This document shows, in pieces, positions 1-9,284 of a stretch of 64,000 nt of DNA (position 1 is the stretch's first letter; every line of letters starts with the position of its first letter). The DNA is from a virus, in the IMG/VR virus record IMGVR_UViG_3300021962_000025, positions 64,001 through 128,000 of that record. One strand, written 5' to 3'. Under the pieces are notes generated by a model. It saw nothing but the letters and a program-made list of their open reading frames with translations. It made no database searches and had not been told where the DNA came from. Both the position numbers and the translations under genes were made by a program.

Positions 1-2
1 CA

Positions 3-2855
3 ACTAGTACGGAAACACCAACACCGACATCACCACCTAATTTAATATTTGAGAATCAAAACACTCAATCGATCTTATTCAATTCGTTTGGTGCTAATTT
101 TTCATCTACATGGAATTTTAGTTTCCCTCTATCAAGTGGTCAAATTGAATATGGTACACATTTGGGTATTGCTTATGGGGATTTTATACAAGTTGGAGTA
201 AGTGGTGTTGGACCATATTCTGTCGAGGTATATAAAAACCAAACATTATTAAAAGTAGTACATAAGACCTCCCCATATACCGCGGTATACCAATTTACCA
301 CTGGCGGATTACTTACAACGGATGTGTTGAGGATCGTTTTGACCAATTCTCAGTTACCAACACCGACACCAACAGAGAGTAGTACTCCAATTCCAACGGA
401 AACACCAACCCCCACACCAACCTTAGATTCTAACTTACAATTAAATGTTGTGTTCTGTGGTTATGACGTAAACGGTGGAACTCAATTTAATTTTAAAGAT
501 GATGTAGATGGTACAAATGCCTGTATAGTTCACACAAGTTATTCCCAAGGAATAACCAATGGTTATTGTGGAAGTATAGGACCGGTCTATTCATCGACAG
601 GAACTGTTCAAGTTGTGGGTAGTGAACTCACCACATTAGGTTATTCATATAATTGGTATACGGGGTTACAACCCTATACAGGTTACGCAATAATCTACCC
701 AATAATTGGTGGTGTTGAGGATAAACAAAACGGTCAAGTTGTACATATGACCAATAGTATTGTTGATGAGGTTGTTACATGTGTTACTCCTACACCTACG
801 GAGACTCCAATTCCAACCAATACAGAAACACCTACACCCACACCAACCGCGGTACCAATCGATCCAAGTAACATAAACTTACAGATTTGGTATGATGGTG
901 CCGATATTGGACAATTCCAACCAACAAACCCATCTGATGGATCCACAATTACTCAGTGGAATGATAAATCGGCAATTGCCCATAATGCCAACCCAATAGG
1001 TGGTTCTACAAGTGTTAGACCTTCCTACGAAACAAATGAATTATGTGGTAAGTCGGGTGTTTTCTTTGATGGTACTGACGGTTTGAGTATTAACCCAATC
1101 ACCGAACTACAGTCATTAACGGGTATGACTATCATAATGGTTTATAGAATGGATGTTTCCCAACAAACTGGACAAACATTATATACCAGTGAAACTTCGA
1201 CAGGTAGTTACAACAGCATTTATTTGTATAAGACCGCATATGGTCACCTGAATTTTAGTTTCACACCTGGAGGAATTCTTAGACAAAGTCAGGGACCCGT
1301 GTTTACAGATAATAACGCCCACATTATTACATTAACATTTAATGGTAATACGACTTACCATAATTTAAGAGAAAAATTGTGGATTGACGGTGTTAGTGTT
1401 CCAATATTGGCAAATACAACACTCGGGTCAACGACCGCATCCAACTTAAGTAAACTTTATATTGGTACCCATCCATTAGAAAACACGGGTATGAATGGTT
1501 ATGTGTTTGAAATGTTGGTATTTGACAAAGAATTGAGTTCGAGTGAAAGGTTGAGTGTTGAAAACCAATTAAATGATAAATGGTTTAATAATTGTGCGAC
1601 ATCTACACCATTACCAACAGGTACAAACACTCCAACACCTACTCCAACTTCGGTACCAACCATACCATTCTATCAATTTACTAACACATCAACAGCGGCT
1701 AACGACGGTGATGTTGCCGTTCAAAGTAACGCTGCTAGTTGGTCTCATTCAAGTTTAAGTTGGGGGAACATTGTAAGATGGAAATTTAATAGGTATAGTG
1801 TTTTAGGTCCCGGTCCTGAGGGAACTTACTCAAGGACTCCGTATAATGCGGGAACGACCGATAATTGGTTCGTATTCACAGGTATGGGTGCGGGTAGTAG
1901 GATCTATTTAACAGGATTAAATTATGCCCCATCAGGACCATCAGGAGGAATTTTAGATGCTACGGGTAAATCTATAGTTATTGAATTAACAACCTCACCA
2001 TCATACGATGTTGCTTCGGGAGTGATGGTTGTCGAGAATTTTACGATTGTCTCTTCCTCAGGTAGTGGATTTAATGAAAGTGAAGTTTACCAAGTTAATC
2101 TATATTCGGTACCACCTCCGACACCCACACCTACGGATACACCATTACCTACCGCAGGTTTAGTAATGGATTTTGATGCATCGACAGCCAACTCATTTAT
2201 ACAGTCCCCAACAATTTCTGATGGTGACACTATTGTTGATTGGGGTAATACTGTAAGTGGGCAACCTAATTTTGGTGGTTCAGGGACCGTTAATAATCCC
2301 CCAACATGGGATTCGTCGTCGGCAGACTTTAATAATCTCGGTGCGATTAATTTTGGACCAAACAAAAGTTTAATTGCCCAAGGAATTACAGGATTGGCAG
2401 GAACAAACGCGTACACCATGTTTATTGTAGTCACCACAACATCAACATCACCACAATGGATTTTACAAGGACTTAAATCCACTAATTCATCAGATGATAG
2501 TTTAACCATTTTATTTACTAGTGGTAATTTCCAAGTGACCACCACAACAAACTATAACAGAATTATACCGTATACAACAAATACCCCAACATTATACACC
2601 GTGATTTACGATGGGACACAAACGGGTGCGGATATGATGGTTATAAGGGAGAATGGGGTGTTTAAGAATAGTGGGACAATTCCATTACCAAGTAATCTAA
2701 ACGCAACACTAACAGGTATTGAGTTAGGTACAAATGCGGGGGAAACGACGGGTCTTTATGGTCAAATACCCGCATTTAAAATGTATAATACCGTTTTAAC
2801 TAATTCTGAAATAACGGCAGTCGAGAACTCGTTGATTAGTAAATTCAACTTATAA
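3..2855 (+). CDS. 5'-truncated virion/fibre protein with Pro/Thr linkers and two LamG/concanavalin-A-like domains
   Basis: The frame is open from position 3 (TSTETPTPTSPPNLIFENQ...), so the TTG at 162 is not the real start. Two modules begin LQIWYDGAD...ITQWNDKS and LVMDFDAS...IVDWGNTV and end EMLVFDKELSSSERLSVENQL / AFKMYNTVLTNSEITAVENSL, typical LamG-like signatures. TPTPT linkers separate the modules. Confidence 0.7.
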   Translation, partial: TSTETPTPTSPPNLIFENQNTQSILFNSFGANFSSTWNFSFPLSSGQIEYGTHLGIAYGDFIQVGVSGVGPYSVEVYKNQTLLKVVHKTSPYTAVYQFTTGGLLTTDVLRIVLTNSQLPTPTPTESSTPIPTETPTPTPTLDSNLQLNVVFCGYDVNGGTQFNFKDDVDGTNACIVHTSYSQGITNGYCGSIGPVYSSTGTVQVVGSELTTLGYSYNWYTGLQPYTGYAIIYPIIGGVEDKQNGQVVHMTNSIVDEVVTCVTPTPTETPIPTNTETPTPTPTAVPIDPSNINLQIWYDGADIGQFQPTNPSDGSTITQWNDKSAIAHNANPIGGSTSVRPSYETNELCGKSGVFFDGTDGLSINPITELQSLTGMTIIMVYRMDVSQQTGQTLYTSETSTGSYNSIYLYKTAYGHLNFSFTPGGILRQSQGPVFTDNNAHIITLTFNGNTTYHNLREKLWIDGVSVPILANTTLGSTTASNLSKLYIGTHPLENTGMNGYVFEMLVFDKELSSSERLSVENQLNDKWFNNCATSTPLPTGTNTPTPTPTSVPTIPFYQFTNTSTAANDGDVAVQSNAASWSHSSLSWGNIVRWKFNRYSVLGPGPEGTYSRTPYNAGTTDNWFVFTGMGAGSRIYLTGLNYAPSGPSGGILDATGKSIVIELTTSPSYDVASGVMVVENFTIVSSSGSGFNESEVYQVNLYSVPPPTPTPTDTPLPTAGLVMDFDASTANSFIQSPTISDGDTIVDWGNTVSGQPNFGGSGTVNNPPTWDSSSADFNNLGAINFGPNKSLIAQGITGLAGTNAYTMFIVVTTTSTSPQWILQGLKSTNSSDDSLTILFTSGNFQVTTTTNYNRIIPYTTNTPTLYTVIYDGTQTGADMMVIRENGVFKNSGTIPLPSNLNATLTGIELGTNAGETTGLYGQIPAFKMYNTVLTNSEITAVENSLISKFNL

Positions 2856-2918
2856 TTCTAAACATTCAACCAAAGACATAATTTTTAAGTTAGTGGATGA
2901 AATAACTGATGTTTTTAC

Positions 2919-2926
2919 TATTTATA
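2919..2926 (+). promoter_or_regulatory. Putative phage late promoter motif TATTTATA
   Basis: 13 nt before the ATG at 2940; motif recurs before structural genes. Confidence 0.55.
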
Positions 2927-2939
2927 GATAAAAGTAAAA

Positions 2940-3962
2940 ATGTCATTAGAGATCTCAGGATTCACCACGAATTTAATTAGTTGTGAGTCATCATTAGGTG
3001 GTGACTGTTGTCCTATTGACCCAACATTAGACCTTAGACCATGGCAATATCAGTTTAACACTCATGGTGGATCTAATAATTGTGATTTTATTATTGAGAG
3101 GAGACCTGAGAAGGGTTGGTCATTAGATTTTGTTTTTAATAGACAAAATTTACCATGGTCATTAGGGAATACTTTTTATTTTTTTGGTGTTAGAGATGAA
3201 TATAATCAGAGATTATATGCTGACAATAATTTATCTTTTTCGTTTACCTCAGATGGTAGGATAAAATGGGAAGCTTACCGTTATTCGGGTGCATGTATAA
3301 ATGAGGTTTACCAAGAAACATTCTACATTGACTCGGGAGTAACTCCGGTATTATGTACAAGTGGGACTCTTAAAGACTTTAATATTACCATTGTTTTTGA
3401 TAGGCATTTAAGACACACAGAATGTGAGATTGAGAATGCCGGTGGGTGGAATGACCTAATTACGGGAGAAACTATAACAAACCCTCTTGACGTTGTCCTA
3501 TCGGGGGCTACAGAAAGTTACCAATATATCGAAGAATTAAATAAGGATTGGAATGATGAGAGATACGCTCGTTTAGGTATATTAAAAATTTACCTGAATG
3601 GGTGGCCAATCTATAAAAAGGATAATTGGGAGGAGATAGTCCCATCTAAGAGAGGATTCCAACCATTTGTACAATCGTGGGGTGGGGGTGTAAGTGGATC
3701 TGGTGGGATTCACCTTGGTACAACACAATTTAACCTAAAAAGAGTGAAATATATCGAAGACCCATTAAATGCGTTGGAGGTTAGACATCATTATTTGGTT
3801 TCAACAAAACCATATTATAACATAACAGAATGTACTGAACCATGTGAAGAAAATAATATAGTCCCATTTTATGAGAATACAATCACTTTTGAGGATGATT
3901 CTGATTTAGATGGTGAAAAGGATATTATTTACACAGATTCGGGGGACGTATTAATTTATTAA
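2940..3962 (+). CDS. Hypothetical virion-associated protein, possible LamG-like beta-sandwich
   Basis: 340-aa ORF preceded by a TATTTATA motif. FNITIVFDR...ILKIYLNGWPIYK resembles the concanavalin-like core. Several Cys. Confidence 0.5.
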   Translation: MSLEISGFTTNLISCESSLGGDCCPIDPTLDLRPWQYQFNTHGGSNNCDFIIERRPEKGWSLDFVFNRQNLPWSLGNTFYFFGVRDEYNQRLYADNNLSFSFTSDGRIKWEAYRYSGACINEVYQETFYIDSGVTPVLCTSGTLKDFNITIVFDRHLRHTECEIENAGGWNDLITGETITNPLDVVLSGATESYQYIEELNKDWNDERYARLGILKIYLNGWPIYKKDNWEEIVPSKRGFQPFVQSWGGGVSGSGGIHLGTTQFNLKRVKYIEDPLNALEVRHHYLVSTKPYYNITECTEPCEENNIVPFYENTITFEDDSDLDGEKDIIYTDSGDVLIY

Positions 3963-3964
3963 AA

Positions 3965-3972
3965 TATTTATT
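3965..3972 (+). promoter_or_regulatory. Putative late promoter motif TATTTATT
   Basis: 3 nt before the ATG at 3976. Confidence 0.5.
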
Positions 3973-3975
3973 AGA

Positions 3976-6591
3976 ATGGCATTCAGAAGAATATCGGATT
4001 TAAGTTCAAGTTTAACCCCAAGTGGTAGTGGTATTATCCCTATTTCACAGGACGGGAAAACCTATGGCACTACTTTAAACACAATTAAGGGTCAAATTTC
4101 TACAGAACTTATTACTGAGTTTGTATTGTCATCTTCCTTTAATCCATTTACATCTTCGGTAAATCAATTAACATCATCTGTTAGTGATTTAAACGTCTTT
4201 TCTTCGTCCGCAGATCAAAGGTTAGATTCCTTAGAAATTTATACAGGTTCTTTAGATGATACGTTTGCCACAGATTTTGAGTTGGCAGAATTCAGAGATT
4301 ATTTTAATACTTACACATCTTCAAACAACAATGTTAATACACAACAAAACCAAAGATTAGATGCGTTAGAATCTGAAACTTCAGATTTGGGAGATATTAG
4401 AAATAGAATTAACTCTATTGAAATAGAAACAGGATCACTAAACGATCAACTTCAAACAGAAAGAGAAAGGGTAGATGCTATTTTATTATCTTCTGATGCG
4501 GACAAGGATTCATTTGCTGAAATTGTTAATTTAATTAACTCAATCGACACAGAAAATGACAATAGTTTTGGTTCGTATGTTTTGGAAGCCAATGGTAGAT
4601 TAGATTCTTTAGAAACGGAATCAGGTTCTATAAGAGGTACTCTTAATTCATATACATCATCTACGGATGAAAGAATTGGCAGTATTGAGGGTAAGAGTGG
4701 TTCATGGATAACTTTAAATGATTTACCCACACCCCTACCGACATCAACTCCGTCACCAACATTCCTACCGACAGCAACACCAATACCAACCCAATTACCT
4801 ATTGATTTATCGGTTATTGAGGGTAGATTAAACTCCTTAGAAATAGAGAGTGGTTCTTTAAGAAACGACTTTAATAATTTTACTTCATCGTTTCTATCAA
4901 TTTCATCATCATTTAATGAAAGAATAGATAGTATTTATTCTTCATTAATGGCGTGTTGTTACCCACCAACGGCAACCCCTAATCCAACTTCGACACCAGA
5001 TCCAACGGCAACACCTAATCCAACTCCTGACCCAACTGCGAGCCCGAATCCAACGGCAACGGAGTTACCAACAGCAACGCCACAACCATCACCCGACCCA
5101 ACAGCAACGCCACAACCAACAGCAACAGAGATACCCCCAACGGCAACTCCTACGGACACACCAGTACCAACGGCAACGGTAGAACCCTTATTACTCTCAG
5201 TGAACCCTTTCTGTGATTATGAACCTCAAGATCATGGTGTTAAATTTATCGCAACGGGAGGTGTTAAAATTAACGGAAATAGTTATGAATATTCTAACAA
5301 TTACCATTTAACACAACAAGACGCACTAAATGAGACTTCATTTAATAGTGTCTCCATTCCTGATGAAATGTTACTTTACCTTTTACCTCAAGATCATGGT
5401 AAGACTTTATGGGTTTCAGTTAGAGATTCTGTAGGAACAATTGTGGCTGAGTCTTGGACTGATACATGTGAAATGATACCAACCGCGACTCCATTACCTA
5501 CCGCTACGGAAAATCCAACGGCAACTCCTAACCCATCGGCAACGGAGCAACCCACACCAGTACCTACTGCTACGGAAAATCCGACTGCTACACCGGATCC
5601 AACATCTACGGAGCAACCCACACCAGTACCTACATCGACTGAGGTACCAACGGCAACACCAAATCCAACAGCGACAGAACATTCAACACCATTCCCAACG
5701 TCGACTGAGGCACCAACAGCAACTCCTAACCCATCGGCAACGGAGCAACCCACACCAGTACCCACTGCTACGGAAAATCCGACGGCCACACCTAATCCAA
5801 CAGCAACGGATCAACCTACACCAGTACCCACATCGACTGAGGTACCAACGGCAACCCCTAACCCATCGGCAACTCCTAACCCCACACCAAACCCAACCGC
5901 AACAGATTTACCAACAGCAACTCCTAACCCAACAGCAACGGAGCAACCAACACCAGTACCTACGGCAACCTTTAATCCGACTTCAACGCCTAATCCAACT
6001 ACAACACCAGGATCCACACCTGACCCAACTTCAACACCAGGACCAACACCAAATTCTACCCCTAACCCGACCGCAACGGAGCAACCTACACCAGTACCTA
6101 CTGCTACGGAAAATCCGACTGCTACACCGGATCCAACATCTACACCAGCACCAACACCGGCACCAACGGCTACAGAGTTACCTACTGCAACCCCTAATCC
6201 AACAGCAACGGAGCAACCTACACCAGTACCTACTGCTACAGAGAACCCAACAGCAACCCCTAACCCAACGGCAACCGAACAACCAACACCAGTACCTACT
6301 GCGACAGAATTACCTACCGCGACACCTAATCCAACGGCAACTCCTAATCCTACCCCTAACCCGACCGCAACGGAGAACCCAACGGCAACACCTAATCCAA
6401 CTGCAACCCCTAATCCCACACCAAATCCAACGGCTACAGAGAACCCAACGGCAACTCCTAATCCGACTGCGACACCGGATCCAACCCCTAACCCAACTGC
6501 GAGTCCGAATCCAACCGCGACACCTAATCCAACACCAAGTTCAACTCCTGTGAGTGGAGCGAACACATTATTTGTACATTATCCAAATTAA
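3976..6591 (+). CDS. Fibre-like protein: N-terminal RISDL motif, coiled coil, long Pro/Thr-rich tract
   Basis: The MAFRRISDL N-terminus is typical of phage fibre proteins. Repeated RL(D/N)SLE.E(S/T)GS coiled-coil units are followed by about 400 aa of ATPNPT/ATEQPTPVPT repeats. Confidence 0.65.
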   Translation: MAFRRISDLSSSLTPSGSGIIPISQDGKTYGTTLNTIKGQISTELITEFVLSSSFNPFTSSVNQLTSSVSDLNVFSSSADQRLDSLEIYTGSLDDTFATDFELAEFRDYFNTYTSSNNNVNTQQNQRLDALESETSDLGDIRNRINSIEIETGSLNDQLQTERERVDAILLSSDADKDSFAEIVNLINSIDTENDNSFGSYVLEANGRLDSLETESGSIRGTLNSYTSSTDERIGSIEGKSGSWITLNDLPTPLPTSTPSPTFLPTATPIPTQLPIDLSVIEGRLNSLEIESGSLRNDFNNFTSSFLSISSSFNERIDSIYSSLMACCYPPTATPNPTSTPDPTATPNPTPDPTASPNPTATELPTATPQPSPDPTATPQPTATEIPPTATPTDTPVPTATVEPLLLSVNPFCDYEPQDHGVKFIATGGVKINGNSYEYSNNYHLTQQDALNETSFNSVSIPDEMLLYLLPQDHGKTLWVSVRDSVGTIVAESWTDTCEMIPTATPLPTATENPTATPNPSATEQPTPVPTATENPTATPDPTSTEQPTPVPTSTEVPTATPNPTATEHSTPFPTSTEAPTATPNPSATEQPTPVPTATENPTATPNPTATDQPTPVPTSTEVPTATPNPSATPNPTPNPTATDLPTATPNPTATEQPTPVPTATFNPTSTPNPTTTPGSTPDPTSTPGPTPNSTPNPTATEQPTPVPTATENPTATPDPTSTPAPTPAPTATELPTATPNPTATEQPTPVPTATENPTATPNPTATEQPTPVPTATELPTATPNPTATPNPTPNPTATENPTATPNPTATPNPTPNPTATENPTATPNPTATPDPTPNPTASPNPTATPNPTPSSTPVSGANTLFVHYPN
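4963..6549 (+). repeat. In-frame degenerate Pro/Thr/Ala/Asn/Glu repeats (PTATPNPTATEQPTPV-type), interrupted by one ~100-aa globular module
   Basis: Read directly from the translation. Synonymous positions vary between copies. Confidence 0.9.
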
Positions 6592-6597
6592 TATATC

Positions 6598-8829
6598 ATG
6601 AATAAGGAAAATTTAAAACAGTTAACGGAGGAAATAAACAAAACAACATCAAATGAAATTGTTGGTGTTAGTTATGGTTTTAAAACCGTAAATGGTCTTG
6701 TCACAAATGAAAAGTCAATCATTTATACCGTTAAAAATAAAAAACCCTTATCTGAAATTCCTGAGACCGATAGAATACCCTCAGAATTAAGTGTTGGAGA
6801 TTCTATAGTCAAAACCGATGTTGTTCAGGGAGTTATAAAAAGACACGCCTACGAATTAGGTACGGATCCCAATTTCTATTCGTGGCAAAGTACTCCTCCC
6901 GATAATAGGTCAACCCACAGACCAATTTTAGGTGGTATATCAACTACAAATTTTACTTCATTAGGAAATTATGTTGGTACTTTGGGATTTATTGCGGTAG
7001 ATAACGAAACGAATTCTTTAGTGGCGGTTTCTAATAATCACGTTTATGTGGATGATGCAACATTCACTAGTGAAAGAGACGAGAATAGTGTAAGGACGAA
7101 CGCGTTCACCCCTTTTGGACATGATATTACACAACCAAACGAACCCGGTAAATCGGGTTTGGCATATGGTATTGGTAAACTTAAAAAGTACCAACCACTA
7201 CGATCAACTAATTTAGTGGATGCCGCCCTATGTGCCATAGATAATTTGGAAAACATAAATATTGAGGTTTCATGGCAACAGTACGGTATTAGTGGTATGA
7301 CATCCCCACCCAGATTTGCCACAACATCTGAGATAGACGACGCTTTAGATAACCCATCTCAACTTTATTACTCTTCAGGTAGATCTACGGGAGCAAAAGG
7401 TGAGGGGACAATTAAATTATTAAACTACGCATCGAGTAGTTCTATCTTTATTGAATATAATATGCAGGGTGTTGACACCGCGGTATATATGAATGATACT
7501 TTTGAGTTGTCGGCTAGTGGTTCAACCACAACCCCGGGTAATTATGTTTATTATCCATCGTATGCAGGAGATTCGGGTTCTGCCATTCTAACACAAGTCC
7601 AAGTGGGTGAGCGTTTAGATTGGGTAATTATTGGTTTACTTTACGGTGGTAGGTATGTTAATAATCCTGATGACATTCTTGGTAATGGTGTTTCTCCTGT
7701 ACAAACACTATGTTGTAGAATAGATCACGTAGCCGCCGCATTGAATATCAGGGCGTGGGATGGTACCTTATCGGGATTATCTGTTTCTGATATATCAAAC
7801 CCAGCGACTTTTGTTGTAAGTGGGAAATCGGCTTCTAAAACGATATCAGTGAATGGTTTAACTTATTGGCAAATGGGATTCGTTAATGATAGTGAATTCC
7901 CTGCGGATCCGATTCCAACTGCCACACCTAACCCAACAGCAACTCCGAACCCCACACCACAGGCTACACCAAATTGTGGGTTTGATGTCGATGTGACAAT
8001 TGCTTCACCAACCTCAACTCCGTCACCGACACCTAATGCAACCCCTAACCCAACACCTAACCCGACGGCAACTCTATCTCCACAAACGCTTTATTTAAAT
8101 TATGAACATTTAAATTCATGTAGTACTTCTAATCTAATCTTATTAGTTAATGGGGTTCAACAGGGTGCGAACATAAACTTAAGTCAAGGGACTTCAGGTT
8201 CAGGAACCGTAAGAGGACCAATTACTGTTTATCCTGGCGATCAAGTATCACTACAGTATAAACCATTTAATTTGATTTACCCATGTACATTATCATATCA
8301 AAATCCGAGTGTAGAGGTCTTTTTAAATGGATCTTCAGTGGGAAGTAATTCAAACGACAATACCTATAATACCTACAATTACACTGTTCAATCAGGTGTT
8401 AATCCAACATTATTGGTTAAAATGAATAGTGTTCCTGTACCAACCGCAACACCCTTACCAACATATACACTCACACTTCAAAACATAACCTCCGCAACAG
8501 ATGCGGAATATTGTGCTAAAGGGTATATCTACATAGAGAAAAATGGAACTGAAGTGGCGAGAATAACTAAATCACAAACACAAACTACCGCATCGTGGAA
8601 CACGTCGAGCGTGACATTCACATCGTCCGACTCAGTATATGTTAAATCATTCTCCCAAGGTGGTGGAGGTGCTGGATGTGTTAATGAAGATACTCGAGTA
8701 AGATCAATGGTTGATGGGGTAATTAGAACAACTTCTGAGTCTCTTACGGGAACTAATAATCAAGGTTATTTAATACCTGACGGTAATCATACGGTAACAG
8801 GACAATTCATTGCGACCGGTGGGGTATAA
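6598..8829 (+). CDS. Trypsin-like (S1, Nal1-like) serine protease with PT linkers and two C-terminal beta modules
   Basis: Catalytic triad motifs in order: SNNHV (H148, 7039), VDAAL (D208, 7219), AGDSGS (S326, 7573). The N-terminal VGVSYGFK...KKPLSEIP...IP...KTDVVQ segment resembles the Nal1-type prodomain. Confidence 0.8.
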   Translation: MNKENLKQLTEEINKTTSNEIVGVSYGFKTVNGLVTNEKSIIYTVKNKKPLSEIPETDRIPSELSVGDSIVKTDVVQGVIKRHAYELGTDPNFYSWQSTPPDNRSTHRPILGGISTTNFTSLGNYVGTLGFIAVDNETNSLVAVSNNHVYVDDATFTSERDENSVRTNAFTPFGHDITQPNEPGKSGLAYGIGKLKKYQPLRSTNLVDAALCAIDNLENINIEVSWQQYGISGMTSPPRFATTSEIDDALDNPSQLYYSSGRSTGAKGEGTIKLLNYASSSSIFIEYNMQGVDTAVYMNDTFELSASGSTTTPGNYVYYPSYAGDSGSAILTQVQVGERLDWVIIGLLYGGRYVNNPDDILGNGVSPVQTLCCRIDHVAAALNIRAWDGTLSGLSVSDISNPATFVVSGKSASKTISVNGLTYWQMGFVNDSEFPADPIPTATPNPTATPNPTPQATPNCGFDVDVTIASPTSTPSPTPNATPNPTPNPTATLSPQTLYLNYEHLNSCSTSNLILLVNGVQQGANINLSQGTSGSGTVRGPITVYPGDQVSLQYKPFNLIYPCTLSYQNPSVEVFLNGSSVGSNSNDNTYNTYNYTVQSGVNPTLLVKMNSVPVPTATPLPTYTLTLQNITSATDAEYCAKGYIYIEKNGTEVARITKSQTQTTASWNTSSVTFTSSDSVYVKSFSQGGGGAGCVNEDTRVRSMVDGVIRTTSESLTGTNNQGYLIPDGNHTVTGQFIATGGV

Positions 8830-8843
8830 AAGAATGGTGTAGA

Positions 8844-8851
8844 TATTTATC
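8844..8851 (+). promoter_or_regulatory. Putative late promoter motif TATTTATC
   Basis: 3 nt before the ATG at 8855. Confidence 0.5.
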
Positions 8852-8854
8852 AAT

Positions 8855-9223
8855 ATGGAATTTTTTATACGAAAGGGGGCAACTGACCCAATATTAAAAA
8901 TGAGATTAGTAGATGACGGTAGAAATGACAAGTCATCACTAAACGACTTATTGGAAAATGCAGACATCACATTTGATATGATCGAAGTAGAATCGGAGAT
9001 TCCTCACATTTTAGGTGGTCAGTGTTATTTAACCACAAGAACCAAGAAATACGATCAAACGACGGACGAATACTATATTACGTACAGATTCACCGAACCA
9101 CAAACAAGGGAATCAGGAAAGTTCGAGGGAATTATTAATGTACAGTTCAGAGACACCAACCTACAACCAACTACCAAACTTATCGTACCGATCAAAGAGA
9201 AATTATTTATCAATATTATCTAA
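8855..9223 (+). CDS. Conserved small virion protein, BppU-N-like Ig fold possible
   Basis: 122 aa. The pattern MEFFIRKGATDPILKMRLVD...YITYRFTEPQT...GKFEG...LIVP resembles baseplate-upper N-terminal domains. Late motif upstream. Confidence 0.45.
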   Translation: MEFFIRKGATDPILKMRLVDDGRNDKSSLNDLLENADITFDMIEVESEIPHILGGQCYLTTRTKKYDQTTDEYYITYRFTEPQTRESGKFEGIINVQFRDTNLQPTTKLIVPIKEKLFINII

Positions 9224-9274
9224 TCAAACCCGCCATACATAAATGATGGGAGTTTGATATTTTATTATTTTTTT
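9223..9274 (+). terminator. Imperfect stem-loop with T-rich tail overlapping the pol promoter
   Basis: ATCAAAC (9223-9229) pairs with GTTTGAT (9252-9258), with inner CCC/GGG and CAT/ATG pairs, followed by a T-rich run. Confidence 0.4.
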
Positions 9275-9284
9275 CGTATATTTG
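9253..9284 (+). promoter_or_regulatory. Bacteroidota sigma-A-type promoter for DNA polymerase
   Basis: TTTG (9253-9256), 20-nt spacer, TATATTTG (9277-9284): matches the -33 TTTG / -7 TAnnTTTG consensus. Confidence 0.7.

Noticed and set aside
162-164. TTG at 162 as the start of the first gene
   Set aside because: The frame is open to the window edge and already encodes a PT linker, so the gene starts upstream.
453-473. FCGYDVN in the first gene as another copy of the NCxFxVDV motif
   Set aside because: Only C-x-aromatic-x-V matches, the IA-[ST]PT tail is absent, and it lies inside a globular module; probably chance.
4959-6566. Minus-strand GVAVG ORFs and the Cys/Arg/Trp-rich ORF 5494-5682
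   Set aside because: They are shadows of the PT repeats in 3976..6591.
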